This document shows, piece by piece, positions 27,090-40,726 of a DNA stretch of 64,000 bases (positions are counted from its first letter, which is position 1; each line of letters starts with the position of its first letter). The DNA is taken from NCBI GenBank assembly GCA_951406725.2, contig OX597831.1:45384001-45448000 (forward strand). The letters are read 5' to 3'. This stretch comes from Octopus vulgaris. Lineage: Eukaryota. The notes under the pieces were generated by a model. The model was not told where the DNA came from. It ran no database searches and worked only from the letters and a program-made list of their open reading frames with translations. A program made the translations under genes and the position numbers.

Positions 27090-27627
27090 CTCACAGAGGC
27101 AATGACAAAAGACCGAAACCTCTGGAGGTATGCTGCGACTGACAAGACCTGGCAAATAAAGTGAGTACACAGCTGTAACCTACACAAGCCCACTCAAAAG
27201 TACCTTGGATTGTAGGCTGACATGCCGTGCTTGAGGAGACCTATTGAGTCAAGTGCATCAACATCAGCAATATCAAAATCAAATCAAATGGAAATTGTAG
27301 TTGTGAGCCCCGTGCTGGTAGCACATAAAAAGCACCATCCGAACGTGGTTGATGCCAGTGCCACCTTGACTGGCTTCCGTGCTGGTGGTATGTAAAAAAC
27401 ACCATCCGTTTGTGGTCGATGCTAGCTCCTGTGGCCCCTTGTGCCAGTGGTACGTAAAAAGCACCCACTATACACACAGAGTGCTCAGCATTAGGAAGGG
27501 CATCCGGCTGTAGAAACACTGCCAGATCAGATTGGGGCCTGGTGCAGCCTCCTAGCTTCCCAGACACCAGTTGAACCATCCATCCCATGCCGGCATGGAA
27601 AACGGACGTAAAACGATGATGATGATA
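27090..27627 (+). mobile_element. 5'-truncated RTE LINE 3' end with tandem-repeat UTR and GAT tail
   Basis: Reads LTEAMTKDRNLWRYAATDKTWQIK*; ends gcatggaaaacggacgtaaaacgatgatgat. Confidence 0.78.
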
Positions 27628-27868
27628 ATGTCTTTCAACTATCTGATGAAGAGAGAAAGAGATGCTACATTGAACCTACTCGTTTGTGTCTATTATGTAT
27701 TTAACTGTGTAATAATATTGTCTACATTTAGATGTACCACAGTAGATCAGCTTCTTGAGGAGACACACACACACTATAAAGTACAGATGCTATCACAGTA
27801 TCTGATTAGCAGTGGGAATAAATTAACATCAAATTCTCTCCTCTTAATCTTTTTGTTACAATATTTCG

Positions 27869-28253
27869 TTTTTACTCTTTTACTTGTTTCAGTCATATGA
27901 CTGCGACCATGCTGGAGCACTGCCTTTAGTTGAGCAAATCGACCCCAGGACTTATTCTTTGTAAGCCTAGTACTTATTCTATCGGTCTCTTTTGCTGAAC
28001 CGCTAAGTTACGGGGGTGTAAACACACCAGCATTGGTTATCAAGCGATGTTGGGGGAACAAACACAGACACACTAACGTATATATACATATATATGACGG
28101 GCCTATTTCAGTTTCCGTCTACCAAATCCACTCACAAGGCTTTGGTCAGCCTGGGGCTATAGTAGAAGACACTTGCTCAAGGTGCCACGCAGTGAGACTG
28201 AACCTGGAACCATGTGGTTGGCAAGCAAGCTACTTACCACACAGCCACTCCTG
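27869..28253 (-). mobile_element. SINE family B, full length, well preserved
   Basis: Reverse complement of 14097-14490. Confidence 0.88.
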
Positions 28254-29088
28254 CTGAATTGCATGGTCTTTGTTTCATTTCATTTTGAAAATAATCATTA
28301 CCCTCATCATTTAATGTCCACTTTCCATGCTGGCATGGGTTGGACAGTTTGACATGGAGCTGGCTAGCAGGTAGCTGTCCAGACTCCAACTGTCTATATG
28401 GCATAGTTTCTTCAGCTTCCACTTCCTAATGCCAACCACTTAACAACTTAATACCCTTCCTAATGCCAACCACTTAACAGAATGTCATGGGTGCTTCTTA
28501 TGGGCCACTAGTATGGGTGTATTTATGCAGCACCAGCACAGGTGTATCAATGCAGCACTGGCAGGGGTGCTTATTAAGTGGCACCAGCACCTGAAAAGAC
28601 AAGCCCGTATGTATAGAAGACAGCGATTTTTGAAAATAATGAAGAATTTAGTAAAATATCCGTCACTGTTAAGCTGGTGTTTAGAACATAGATTAACATG
28701 AAATTTTGATGGCAGGTTTTAATTTAGATCACTTTAAAACAGGAAGTTGGTGTCATAAAACCAGGGCGATCTCAGGCAGTTTGGTTTCAAAAGGGTTAAA
28801 AGTGAATATTGAAGTAATGCTTTAAATCATAATAAAATTAAATTATTTGATTAGCATGACAATAACATTAAAACAATAGTTAACACAGGACTCTGTAACT
28901 ACAATGTGCTGGAACAGAAAGGGTAAGTCATTTTTAAGACCTGAAAATATTCTTCACATCATTAATAATCTGTTAGCAAATGGAAGAGAGTAAGTCAGCC
29001 TCAGACAAGAGACAGATCTCTTTGTAGATGAAGTGGTTTTAGCAGATTAGAAAAATATAGATCATTACAGCAGAAGTGGTTTACTTAC

Positions 29089-29144
29089 CCTTGAATCATA
29101 ACTAGAGCCTTGTCCATTGTTACTCCAATTTGCATCATCTAGGC
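29089..29144 (-). CDS. TCF12/TCF4 (da): E-protein coding exon, (S)LDDANWSNNGQGSSYDSR; 56 nt, phase 1->0
   Basis: Acceptor ttttattttgtag|, donor AGG|gtaagt. W...GQ.S.SYDS(S)R resembles TCF12 SWGTSGQPSPSYDSSR. Confidence 0.9.
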
Positions 29145-29579
29145 CTACAAAATAAAATCAATTCATTGACTTATCATAGCATTACACCATAATATTTTCT
29201 AAAAATTTATCAACAATGTTTATAAGTTAAATGACAAACAAATTAACTAATATCCACATCGAGTATATCTGATTAACATTCAGATATGACCAATCGCTGT
29301 GATAGCAAGTGCAAATGATGCTGTGTAAAAAAATTGTATTAGATTTTCTTACTTTATCACATTCTTAAATCTTTCAATATCCTTAGATTTGTCTTATAAC
29401 AATATTCTTTAATCAGCCAAAATCTAAAATATACAACTAGTTTTCTTGCTTCAAGCTTAAATGCTAGGTTTATTTACCTTCACTTGAGAACAGGTAATTT
29501 CAACAAACTAAGAATTTATTTTGTACAGTGTTGAATATGTTTCTTTGCCTTTGTTCAAATTCATGCTACTTCTCACAAG

Positions 29580-29629
<50 letters not shown>

Positions 29630-29904
29630 AGAGGAGGGATATGATATCCAGGCAGATAACAAGTTTTTCAGAGTAAAATGCCATGGCTTGTTTCTTCTGA
29701 TGTTCCAGTTTATTTTTTGGCTACTTAGAATGTAAAGAACAATATCAAAATGGGAAAATGAAGAATTTGAACACTGAGTGTTCAAATACTTCATTCTCCA
29801 CATTTTAATGTGTGTGTGTGTGTGTTCAACCCAACCCAGCATGGACAACAGATGTTTGATGATGATGATATACATACATACATATATACACACACACACT
29901 CACT

Positions 29905-30116
29905 CAAGGGGGTACTGAAAAGATCCTGGTTTTGGGTAAAAGAAAATACAGGAGGATTAGTTAATTATGATTTTATTCAACATATTCCCCTTTCTGATTC
30001 TCACACTTATTGCAGTGGCCCTTCAGTTTTTCTAAGCCATGTAAAAGAACTTGGAAGGACTCCAACCAGGCCTTTCATAATGCCCTTAAAGCCAGGAACT
30101 TTTCAGTACCCCCTCT
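29905..30116. mobile_element. Tc1/mariner-type MITE, ~210 bp
   Basis: ~28-bp TIRs agggggtactgaaaagatcctgg / ccaggaacttttcagtaccccct. Confidence 0.78.
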
Positions 30117-31279
30117 TTCATATATATATATATATATATCCCCTGACACCCAACACTCTTCCCTGCCAACCTTTTGTCTCATGTGCGTCATACTGACCAC
30201 ATATGTCCAATATTTCTTTCTACTCAGATTGCATGCCTAAACAAAAGATTTTCACAGTTTTAATCTACACAGTTGTTTTCATGTTTGTCCCTGCTTTTAG
30301 TCAAATGACATCTTCTTTGCTTATACTCTTGTCTTTTTTTTGTACCAATCTTTTGTCTCTGCTTTGTGGCCTTTTCAGTTGTAAGACTTTCCTAACATCC
30401 CCTAACATGTTTTTAGCTGCAAGATTTGTATTTGTTTTGTTTTGTGTAAGCATGAGCACTTTCCAGATGAATGATACCAACTTTTTTCCAAGTGCCAAAA
30501 TAGTAATAATTCTGAAACAGAAATTAAGCGATGAAATTCGAATAACCTTTATTTTGTTTATCATTTTCATCAGTTGTTGTACACATCCATTACTACTATT
30601 TACAATACATAATAATATCAACATAGTCACACATATGTATGTGCATATAAAAATACATACACACGTGTGTATATGTCTGTACAAATGTACATATATCATA
30701 TATTTGTATATTACACACACACACACAAATATGTAGGTATATACAAACGTATATATATGCATGTGTGTATATGTATATATGCATCTTCTTGGCTGCCATG
30801 TGTAATAAAGTACTGAAGTATTACTTGGTAGTAAAGGCTTCTTTTATCAATTTATATATAGGCAACTTCATCAATGATGTTTCACTCTAAGGTAGGATTG
30901 GAGACTGAATATGCTGGCCAAACATGACCAAAGGTATTTGAGAAGCAGAGCTGGTCATTCTGGTGAAGCAGATTTTGCTCTAGCCTTTTCCCTCTCCAGT
31001 GAGCTGTTTCATCCAATTCCAACCTGCAACATTTACTCTATTTTTTTTAATAGCTCTCCATCATTATATGCCTTTAAACATTACCTTCTTCCATATAGTT
31101 GCAATCAAGCCATCCACTTCATTGAAATATCATTTGATTGCTATCTTTATAATGTAGTTTTGAGTATCCTCTTCAACAACTTTCATGTTTCACCTCACAA
31201 GAAAAACTTGGGCAGCCTACTCTCCATACACATCACATGTCACACCCAGTACAACTGTAATTCCAGTAGGATAAACAAT

Positions 31280-31980
31280 ACCAAGCACATTTGTACACTA
31301 CAGAGCTACCAGGTTGCAGATGTCATCCCACCAAGAAATATTCATTATGGATTGTAGCTGGCAGGTCATAAACTATTTCGATAAACTGATGACACAGAAT
31401 GTAGTTCTCTGCAGAACACGACAAGCACAATATTATTGTTCAGAAAAGTTTGCAGTTTTATGCTGCATTCTTTCCAAAACCAATCACTGAGCTTCCTGAA
31501 AGCAACAACAAAGGACTGAATGGAGTGGTCCAGAATGTATCAACAGAAATCATACTACCCAAATATGTGAATTTTTCACCACACTTATTGGATTTTATGA
31601 AGGCTTTTGACAGTTGAGAAGAGAGAGAGCTTATGGGCTTTGTTCAAAAGATATGGGTGACCAGAAAAATTTGTGGAAATAGTCAAGTAATTTGATGATG
31701 GTACATCTACTACATTTCACTTGAGGAAGACAGTTTGATCCCCTTTCCAGTTACCTATGAGGCAAAACTGGGCTGTGTACTCAATCTGTATAATTTCTGG
31801 GTGCATTGCTTCAAAGGATGGCAAGTGAACATACAAGCAAAGTGTAAATTCTACAAAACAGTGGAACATATCGAGACTAAGGTTCACTAGGATGTGATGT
31901 GATATATGTATTCCATATACTTCTTTTTGATGATGACACAGCCTTCATGGATCATTTCCTAGTAAATATCCAGACATGTT
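31280..31980 (+). pseudogene. RTE/BovB-like reverse transcriptase relic
   Basis: Fragments DFMKAFDS, LWALFKRYG*PEKFVEIVK*FDDG, FPVTYEAKLGCVL and LLFDDDTA. Confidence 0.72.
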
Positions 31981-32029
31981 TATCCATGGAAGACTGGAAA
32001 TGAACAACAGCTCATGTATGGACAGTACT

Positions 32030-32780
32030 TTTAAAAGTGCTCACCACCTGTCCCTACAAGAACATTACCACTATTACCAGGCCTAAGTCACAGTACCATG
32101 TCATCCCAAACTTCCACAGCATGACTTCTAACCTCATACACAAACTCTGTCATTAGCAAACTTTGCAGGATATTCTACACTAGAGAAACAGGCTGTTGCC
32201 TAGCCAATCACTTTCAGGAACACATTCAAAACACAATACTATATATGCCAGGCTGACTTGTCATCACCCACTTAACACAACAGGCCATTCCATTACCCTT
32301 TTATCAGTGAGTGGCATCTCCACCAACTCAAGGAAGTGAAAAGAACATTTCATATTCAAACTTGAAACCTATGGCTTTAAACTGTTTTACCTTCTACTTT
32401 TCCACATCTTAGTTCAGTAATCTCATTCTTATTCTTCAGCTTCACTTTCACCTCAATTTTTCTTTCCACCTTACCTACATACACTTTTCCTCTTTTCTTC
32501 GCCATCTCTCACCCAGTTTCTCTCCAGCTACTTCCTGTCTAAAGTACGCAAGCTCACTTATCTGTTCCCTATCAACTGCAGCCAACTACTCAAACACAGA
32601 GGATGTAAAACTCTGCTGTCGTTCTTTTATTTAACTACTCTCTACTTTATTCTGGAAGAGGACTCTGTCCAAAATGTTGGATATGGCACTCATCACAGCA
32701 ATTTCACTCCACTTTTTTCCAAACTAATATATGTCTTGTTGATACAGATCATCAGTGTCCTTCGAATTTGCTATATCTAG
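32030..32780 (+). mobile_element. Penelope-like element 3' relic (GIY-YIG endonuclease fragment plus terminal region)
   Basis: Reads KLCRIFYTRETGCCLANHFQEHIQ..TTGHSI..EEHFIFKLET, matching Penelope CxxCxxxYIGETGRRLxxRFxEH..HFN..GHS..LIFKLGT. Confidence 0.7.
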
Positions 32781-34154
32781 TGACTGTGTGTGTGTATGTA
32801 TATATGTATCTATACACACATATGTACGTACGTATGTATGTATGTATGTATACATACATACATACATATACATGTATCATCATCATTTGATGTACACTTT
32901 TCTATGCTTGCGTGGATCAGATGTAATTTGTTGATTCAGATTTTCTACAGTTGAATGCCCTTCCTGAAGTCAACCCTCACCTGTTTTCAAGTAATATTTT
33001 CCCATAGCTAGATACATTTTCTGTGGGTGACTGGAAACAATCAACTCATTTACAACATCACATATCTAGAAAAGGGTACACATAAATACATGTGTGCGAA
33101 TATACACATACACACACACACATATATATATACATATATATATATATACAGTAATGCCTCAATATATGAGTTAACATGTTCCCAGAGACTGCTCATAAAG
33201 CAAACACTTGTAAACAGAAAATAAAACTCGTAAAAGCTCACAAACCCAAGGTCTCATAAAGCGAGAAGTATTACTCTGTGTGTGTGTGTGGGGGGGGGGT
33301 AAAGACAGGTAGGTAGATAGATAGATAGATACACACACAACAAGCTTCTTTCATTTTCCATCCACTAAATCCATTCTTAAGGGTTAGGTTGGCTTGGGGC
33401 CACAGAAGATATTTGTCCAAGGTGAACACAGTAGAACTGAACCAAAGATCACATGGTTGAGAAGCAACTTTTTTCAACCACACAGCCATGTATATATATA
33501 TATATGTATGTACAGGTAAGTATACAAGATACTCTTCCTACTGTTAACCCTTTCCTGTTTTTCAAGTAGCAAGATTTTAATCCTACTTGTCAAAAGCACA
33601 GAGTTACGGTCAATTTGTTGACATGGAATTGTCAACATGTCACCACTTTTACTTGAGCGAATATGAGTGAAGACGTTGCAGAATGCAAATATTCACACAA
33701 GCACTCATACGCACATGCATGTACATACAAACACCTACCCATGCACACACACACACAAAAGCAAATATACCTATATACATATATGCACACACACATGCAT
33801 TATGAATGTATGTATCACCTTCATAAACAATACCACCGTTATTACACTTTCTGTTCATTATCATATGATTGACTGATTTTCCACATCATCTTTGTTTATC
33901 AACAATATTTCTTTTTATACATTCATATATTAACTATTAACTAACACCCATCAAGTTTCTCCTCCCTTTGGACTAGCTGACACTCGTCAACCTCCCTGAC
34001 TTCATGTTGTATAACCCATACATTTTCTGAATATATATTTCCCAACTAACATGGGTTAGATATACACTCACACAAAATAACAAACAGATAGCAAAATATA
34101 ATTGACATAATATATATACATAAATGCATGTGTGTGTATATGATATACACACAC

Positions 34155-34195
<41 letters not shown>

Positions 34196-34986
34196 ATGTG
34201 TGTGTGTGTGTGTGTAAAACACATAAACATTATATACAATTATGTATCATAGATAAACTGGCAGCAACACCTGGTATTTCCTTGTGGCGGGGGTGTTAAT
34301 GTTTATCTACACATATATACACAAATACATATTATGGGCTCTCCAGTTGTAGATGATAGATGAGTTCCGCAATTTCTTGCTCAACAACTTGCACACATGA
34401 TTTGTTTATAGTGATCAAATGTTTGTGCTGTACATTAGTCCACTCCCTCTGTCAAATCGACATTACCTATACAGGTGCATGGTGTGCCACAAGTCAGATG
34501 TCAAAGTGATCACAGAGCAATGTGAAATGACGCATTTCACTGAAGAACACAATGCACTGCCAAGTCCAGGAATTGAAACCACAATATAGTCATCATGTGT
34601 GCAACATCTTAACTACTAGGCCACAAGCCTTCACTCTCTCTCTCATGCTATACACTCATACATGCATGCACGTGCACACAAATCACACACATGTATGTAT
34701 CGTTAAAATCACTTTTAACATCCAGTTTTTCCATACATGTATGGGTCAGACAGAATTCATTGAGGCAGGTTTTCTACAAATGAATGCCTTCCCTGTTGCA
34801 AACCCTCAAATGTTTCTAAAGTAAAATTTTCCCCATGACCAAACTGTTTAAGGCAGAAAACTGAAAATAAGGGGCACCACTTCTATGACTGTGGCATTCG
34901 TCTATAATCAAATCATCACATAATTCAAGACATAGTGGGACATCTCACCCCCACCCACAACTGCGTGTGCATGTCTGTGTGTGTAT

Positions 34987-35305
34987 GAAGGCACATGGCT
35001 CAATGTTTAGAGCGTTGGGTTCACAATCATGGGGTAGTGAGTTCAATTCCCAGACCAGGCTATGTGTTGTGATCTTGAGCAAGACACTTTATTTCACATT
35101 GTTCCAATTCACTCAGCTGTAGAAATGAGTTACGATGTCACTGGTGCCAGGCTGTATCAGCTTTTGCCTTTCACTTGGATAACATTAGTGGAATGCATGG
35201 ATGACTGCTGGTCTTCCATAAACAACCTTGCCCAGACTTGTGCCTTGGGAAGGAATTTTCTAGGTGCAATCCCATGGTCATTCATGACTGAAGGATGTCT
35301 CTACC

Positions 35306-35308
<3 letters not shown>
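34987..35308 (+). mobile_element. SINE family A, full length
   Basis: tRNA-like head tggctcaatgtttagagcg..gagttcaattccc; body matches the reverse complement of 2872-3209. Confidence 0.82.
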
Positions 35309-35358
<50 letters not shown>

Positions 35359-36416
35359 TACATGATGGGCTTCTTTCACTTTCTGCCTATTAAATCCACT
35401 CACAAGGTTTTACCTCAGGGGATAGGAGAAAACATTTGCCCAAAGTATTATATAGTGGGACTGAGCCTGAAACCACATGGCTGGGAATCAAACTGCTTAA
35501 ACACAGCCATTCCTGCATCTATACACATGCAAACTACATTCATAATTAACATTTATATCATGGCACCGGTATAATGAGGTAGTCTTTTACCTCATAAGAC
35601 TAAAAAAAGTCCTTGCTACCTTTTGATGTGCCCATTCATTCAAGGCAATATGACCAGGAGGGTCAACATAAGATAGAGTAATGACAGGTGAAGAATCAGG
35701 GTTTGAAGGTGAAAGGAGCAAAAATATGATGGCAGAAGCTGAGTGACTGATAATATGAGAGGCTTATAGAAGAGGAAATAGTTTGATGAGTAGTAACAGA
35801 AGTGGGCAATGATATGAAGGAGATGGACATCAGTACAAGTGGTCCTAGGAGAGAGGAGTGATGACTGACAGTACGGAAAAGGTAAAGTGTATTGGACATA
35901 AAGAGATTGGAAGGCTATCTTTCTTTTATAGAAAGGCCTGGAGATAAGTGAAAGAGGTAGAGTGATTACATTTAGATAGATGCAATGATATCTTGAGATA
36001 CGTGGGCAGTATGGAATGAAAAAAAAAGACCCACTTTCATCTTTAGTCACATCAACTTCACAGAAGGCTGAAAAGAAGACAGTAAATGAAGAGGGCCTTT
36101 GTGATAAGGAGAAGGAATCAATGTAGGTATGTGTGCATGCAAGCATGCACAATACTCTCCAAATAAATTTTATCACATTCAGCTTCATAAGCTTTGCACC
36201 TAGTGTTGGGCTATCTACCACTGAGATGACTTGCATTGTTTTGCTGTCGTCACTACTAGAACCTTCAGGCCATATGGACAGAATGGACCGTGGACATGAT
36301 CAGACTTCTTCCAGTCTGCATTCCACACAAGCTATCACAATTCAAAATGCATAATGCAAACCTTGCGAAATCATGAAATTCACTCTTCAAATTTACCCAA
36401 TGGGGAAAATATTTAC

Positions 36417-36501
36417 TTTGTTTATATCCTCCAGAATACATAGAGTCCATATTTGTGGTTCCATTTTTGATTCCTTGACCAGCAACTGGCGGCGAGAACA
36501 T
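36417..36501 (-). CDS. TCF12/TCF4 (da): E-protein (class I bHLH) coding exon, MFSPPVAGQGIKNGTTNMDSMYSGGYKQ(S); 85 nt, phase 0->1
   Basis: Acceptor ttctttttcag|ATG, donor CAAA|gtaaat. MFSPPV..GKNG.T matches the sequence following LLDFSA in vertebrate TCF4/TCF12 and splices in frame with the next exon. Confidence 0.9.
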
Positions 36502-36759
36502 CTGAAAAAGAACAAAAAGATTCAGTTTATTATTATTATTATTATTATTTAGTATCAATAATTTCCATATAATCTGTATAGAATATAAGCAAAACAGTAA
36601 ATACAATCGATGTAGAAAGATAAAGATGCGAAACCATCTACATATAAATGAATTAATGAAACAATTGCCGAATCAAGAGACAGAATCTGCCAATTCTTTT
36701 GTGTCAAAGATTTGAATGTCTTAAGTAACACTGAAGATAATACTATCCCAAGTGGAATC

Positions 36760-37790
36760 AATAGAAAGGTAAACTACTGAGGTCAGCTTCAGTATGGATA
36801 ATGAGGCTACAAAAAAAACCAAAAAAACCTGAAGGATAGGAAAGCAGCAAGTTCAATATCATCAGGAATAATTGTTAAAATTCTGAAAGCAGCAGGATAT
36901 GTGTGGCACACATACACACACACACACTAGTTGATCATGTAGGGCACACACGAAAGTTAGTTGATCAATAAAAGCGCTGTCAACTGGTGCAGAGGCAAAA
37001 ATGCATTGGATAGGGGTCCAAAGATGATGTGCAAAGTCAAAAGTACCCGATAATAGCTTTAGTAAACTTAGTTCAGGGCTTAAGATTAGTTTAGATAATA
37101 TAGTTTAAGTTTGTGCAATGGCTGCAACAAACTGCTGGCAAAAACCAAACCACTCAGTTAAGCTTTCAACCCAGAGGCCTTCATTCCAGTCTCCATAGGA
37201 GAAAAGAAACTGGGTAAAAATAACAAACAATACATAAAAAGTACTTTTAGCAATATTACAGTTGGCAGTGAATTCACTGACAATTTTGCATACAGGTAAA
37301 TGTTCAGTAGGGTTCTGTACTGAAGCACCCTTCTATTAATCATTGTTCTTGTGGTCACAACCAGTGGCTGTTCTTTAGAACTTTTGTATGCTGATTGTTT
37401 GATTCTCAAAGCAGTTCTGAAGAGTTGCAGAAAATTTAAAACCTAGAAGCATAGTCAACAGATCTGAAGGTTAACACGTGAAAGACCAAAATGGTGGTAA
37501 ATGAGACTATGAAATGCTAATGCATCAAACCGTAGTTAACAGTTGAAACGCTCATGAAATGAAGTCCATGAACTCAGTAGACATAGTCAATAGTTTCTGC
37601 TACTCAGGTGATTTATATAGTGCTGGAGGTGTTTTAACAGAGTAAAATAAGGGACGAAAAAAAATTAGAAAACTGTTGTTATTGTTGGGAACAAAAGGTT
37701 ATGGAAAGCAGTCTGTAGGAATCATGTGTAAAAGATATAATGCTAAATGGAAAAGCCAGTGTTATGATGAAGACAATTGATATAAGATAG
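36760..37790 (+). pseudogene. Fragmented RTE LINE relic
   Basis: Fragments KDRKAA..SGIIVKILKAAG, LKVNT*KTKMVV, DIVNSFCYSGDLYSAGG and RKLLLLLGTKG. Confidence 0.62.
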
Positions 37791-40726
37791 CAATCTATAC
37801 AATAGTATGTTCCTACCTACCTTCTTTGTAAACACTAAGGGAAGTAACTCAAATAAAGTAAAGCAGCTGGTAGTTATAGTAATGATAGTGGAAGGGATAC
37901 TGGCAGAGATATAATAGTAGAATGAATGAAAGAGGAAGAGAGAAAGAAGGGAAAGAGGGTGGTGGAAATAGTTGAATTAATGAAGGAATAGCAAGAGAAA
38001 ACATGAGAGAAATAGAGAATGGAGAGAAAAAGTGAATAAGACTGAGGATTCTAAGATGTGAAGGTCTGAGTAAAAGTGCTGAAGTATTATTACATGCACG
38101 AGAAAAAGGGTGAAAGTGACGTGGAGAGAGAAGGAAGACTATCAAGACACAGCAATATTTGTGAGGTCTGTACATCTCTTAGTCCCTCTCCCTCTCTCAG
38201 CATGAGTTTGAAGTGCTTTTGAATTATATCTTGGTACATGAAATAATGTAGTATTCCTTCACCACACACTGAATTGTGCATTGAAGAGTATTTTACATTC
38301 AGAATGAAGCACATAAACATGCTTAAAGTATAACTCTACTTTTCAGCACCATACCAACATTCGGAAAAGGGAACCAAAAACAAATCAGAAACAGTTGTCT
38401 TCATTATTACAAAAGTGATACCCGAAGAAACTCAAACTTGTAACAAGTAAATTTTCCATCATATTCATAATTGCATTACTTATTGAATTGCTAAAATTTT
38501 ATAGGTTCCTATTCTGTAAAATGCATCTCATCCATATCTCACTTTCTCTAATATATTTGATGTATCATAAGATAAAGCTTACCTCTTCCTCACCTTTTGT
38601 ATTAATATTCTATTTATTATTATTAATTTTTCTTTTTGTTTGGAAGAGGTACCTTTTCAATTTTGAAGTGTTTTTTTTTTTTTTTTTAACAGATCTAGTC
38701 AAAAGCTTGTAACTTTTAATGTCTTATAGTACTTTCTCAACATAATTAATTCCAATCCAATTAGGAACAAAAGATTTTAATGAAATGCAGTTAGTTGAGC
38801 ATAAAATTATAACCACTGCATGAATTTGGATGAAATTTACTCATACAAAATAATGATTGTTGGTGGACATTGTGAATGTGGCTTTTACCTGTTACTGATT
38901 ATTACCTGTTGTCATGCCATTTTCACTTGCCCAAGTAGGTTGTTTTCAAACATATCTACTAGATATTGATTCCTGAGTATCAATTTCCTGTCTTAGCTTT
39001 CAATTTATGCTCATCTCTGTAACTTGGAAGCTGCAGAACTCTCATTAGAATAAGAATTGTGAGATATGCCTTCATCTCCTCCAAAGGTGTTGCAAGGCCT
39101 AACAAATTAGTGTCATTTACTCGTATTACCATAATTATGCTCTCCTTGTAAACCCATCAGAATGCAAAGACCCTACATTTAAAGTAAATTAGTATCTATT
39201 AATCCTTACCATTTACTAATGAAAACAACTGATGCAATATCAACAATGTGGTAACTCCACTCCTATTCAGAATTGATAAATCCTGATCTCACTTAGCTGT
39301 GTTTATAGATGACACTGAAATATCACTCTACTTATTTTCTCCAAGTCTAAGCTTTCTGTCTCTAATCATTAATAAATAAACAATAAATAAATCATTAATA
39401 AAATATCACTGAATTATAATTCGTCACTTAAGGCATTCAATTGCTCAAAAATCAACAGATAAACAATCCAGAGAAATTCACTTCATAATCCCCTATTTCC
39501 CCAAAAGCATGTATGGTACAAATAGGAATTCTTTTAACAGGAAGTTCTTCCTGAAACAAAGCTAAACTTTGTTTCTTACACAGAAGAATGCTTAGTTTCA
39601 TTTTTGACCCCCAAAGAATAATACTATTCGAATTGTGATTATGTGCAGTTTGGGGTTTGGTAACTGTTGTGGATACTTGCTATATTGAATGTTAAGAGTT
39701 AAGATACTTTATCTAATATCAAAACTATTATGTGCTACAAAACTAGTGTTGCACTGGATTTGTTGTATCCTATTTCCCTTGACAAACCAAAAGATAATTT
39801 GAATAACATTTTGATTTCAGAAAAGAAAGGAACTGGAAATATTTTCTATATCAGCTATTCTTGAACTTCAAATGACATTAATAAATATTTCATTCACTAC
39901 AAGAACATAAAGTCTTACAGAATGTTAATATAATATTCAAAAATATGTAATACTGTTATTGCTTAAATATTTAGATGTGACAGTATTACACTAGAATAAT
40001 ACTATTTATCATTCATATATAGGAGACTATAATGAAAGTGCTGGCAGCGACTCAGAGGACAGTAACACAAAATAAAAAAACCAAAAAAGCTCAAAATACA
40101 ATCAGCAGAATCTTCTTAATGAAAATAACTATATATCAAAAATATTTTTTAAATAAGAAATTGATGAATTAAACAGAGCAAACTAATATCTATATAAGAC
40201 TAAATCACTAATGAATACATCAGTTAATTTAACATTTCATTCAGAGAATTAGATTAATAGCATCAGAAATAAAAGGTCAAGAAAAAAGTCATAGGCAGAT
40301 AAATAATATTATTAACAAGAATAGAATTAGATGATTTCTGAAAGAAAGAAAAACATCATCTGATTTTATTCCTGCATCATTAATCATCTCAAAATATATT
40401 AAAGGAAAATTGAAAATATAATTCAAAGTAATATAAAGAGTGTTACAGAGCCCTAGTAAATGATTAAAATTTTCTTTTCTTTTTTTCTTTTTTTTAGATA
40501 ATAACGATCCATTTTCAATTAAATAGAAAAATTGAAACAAGGGAGAATCAATGGAATTGTAATAAATTATACATACATACATACATATATGTTTAAGTGT
40601 TATGAAAATGCTAAATAAATAAATGATCATTACAAGCAAAGTCAATTCAGCCAAAATGAACAAAACAGAAATCAATCAACCATTGTCAAATAAAACGTCA
40701 TGTTCTTCTAATACTTTTTTTTTTAA

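Noticed and set aside
30203-30762. Overlapping 177-aa and 153-aa ORFs
   Set aside because: No recognisable domain or splice context; partly microsatellite.
34987-35060. tRNA gene
   Set aside because: A/B-box-like head of a SINE continuing into the repeat body; no full cloverleaf.
35640-36236. 198-aa minus-strand ORF, and the similar 40..387 ORF
   Set aside because: Purine/pyrimidine-skewed low-complexity DNA depleted of stops; no motif.
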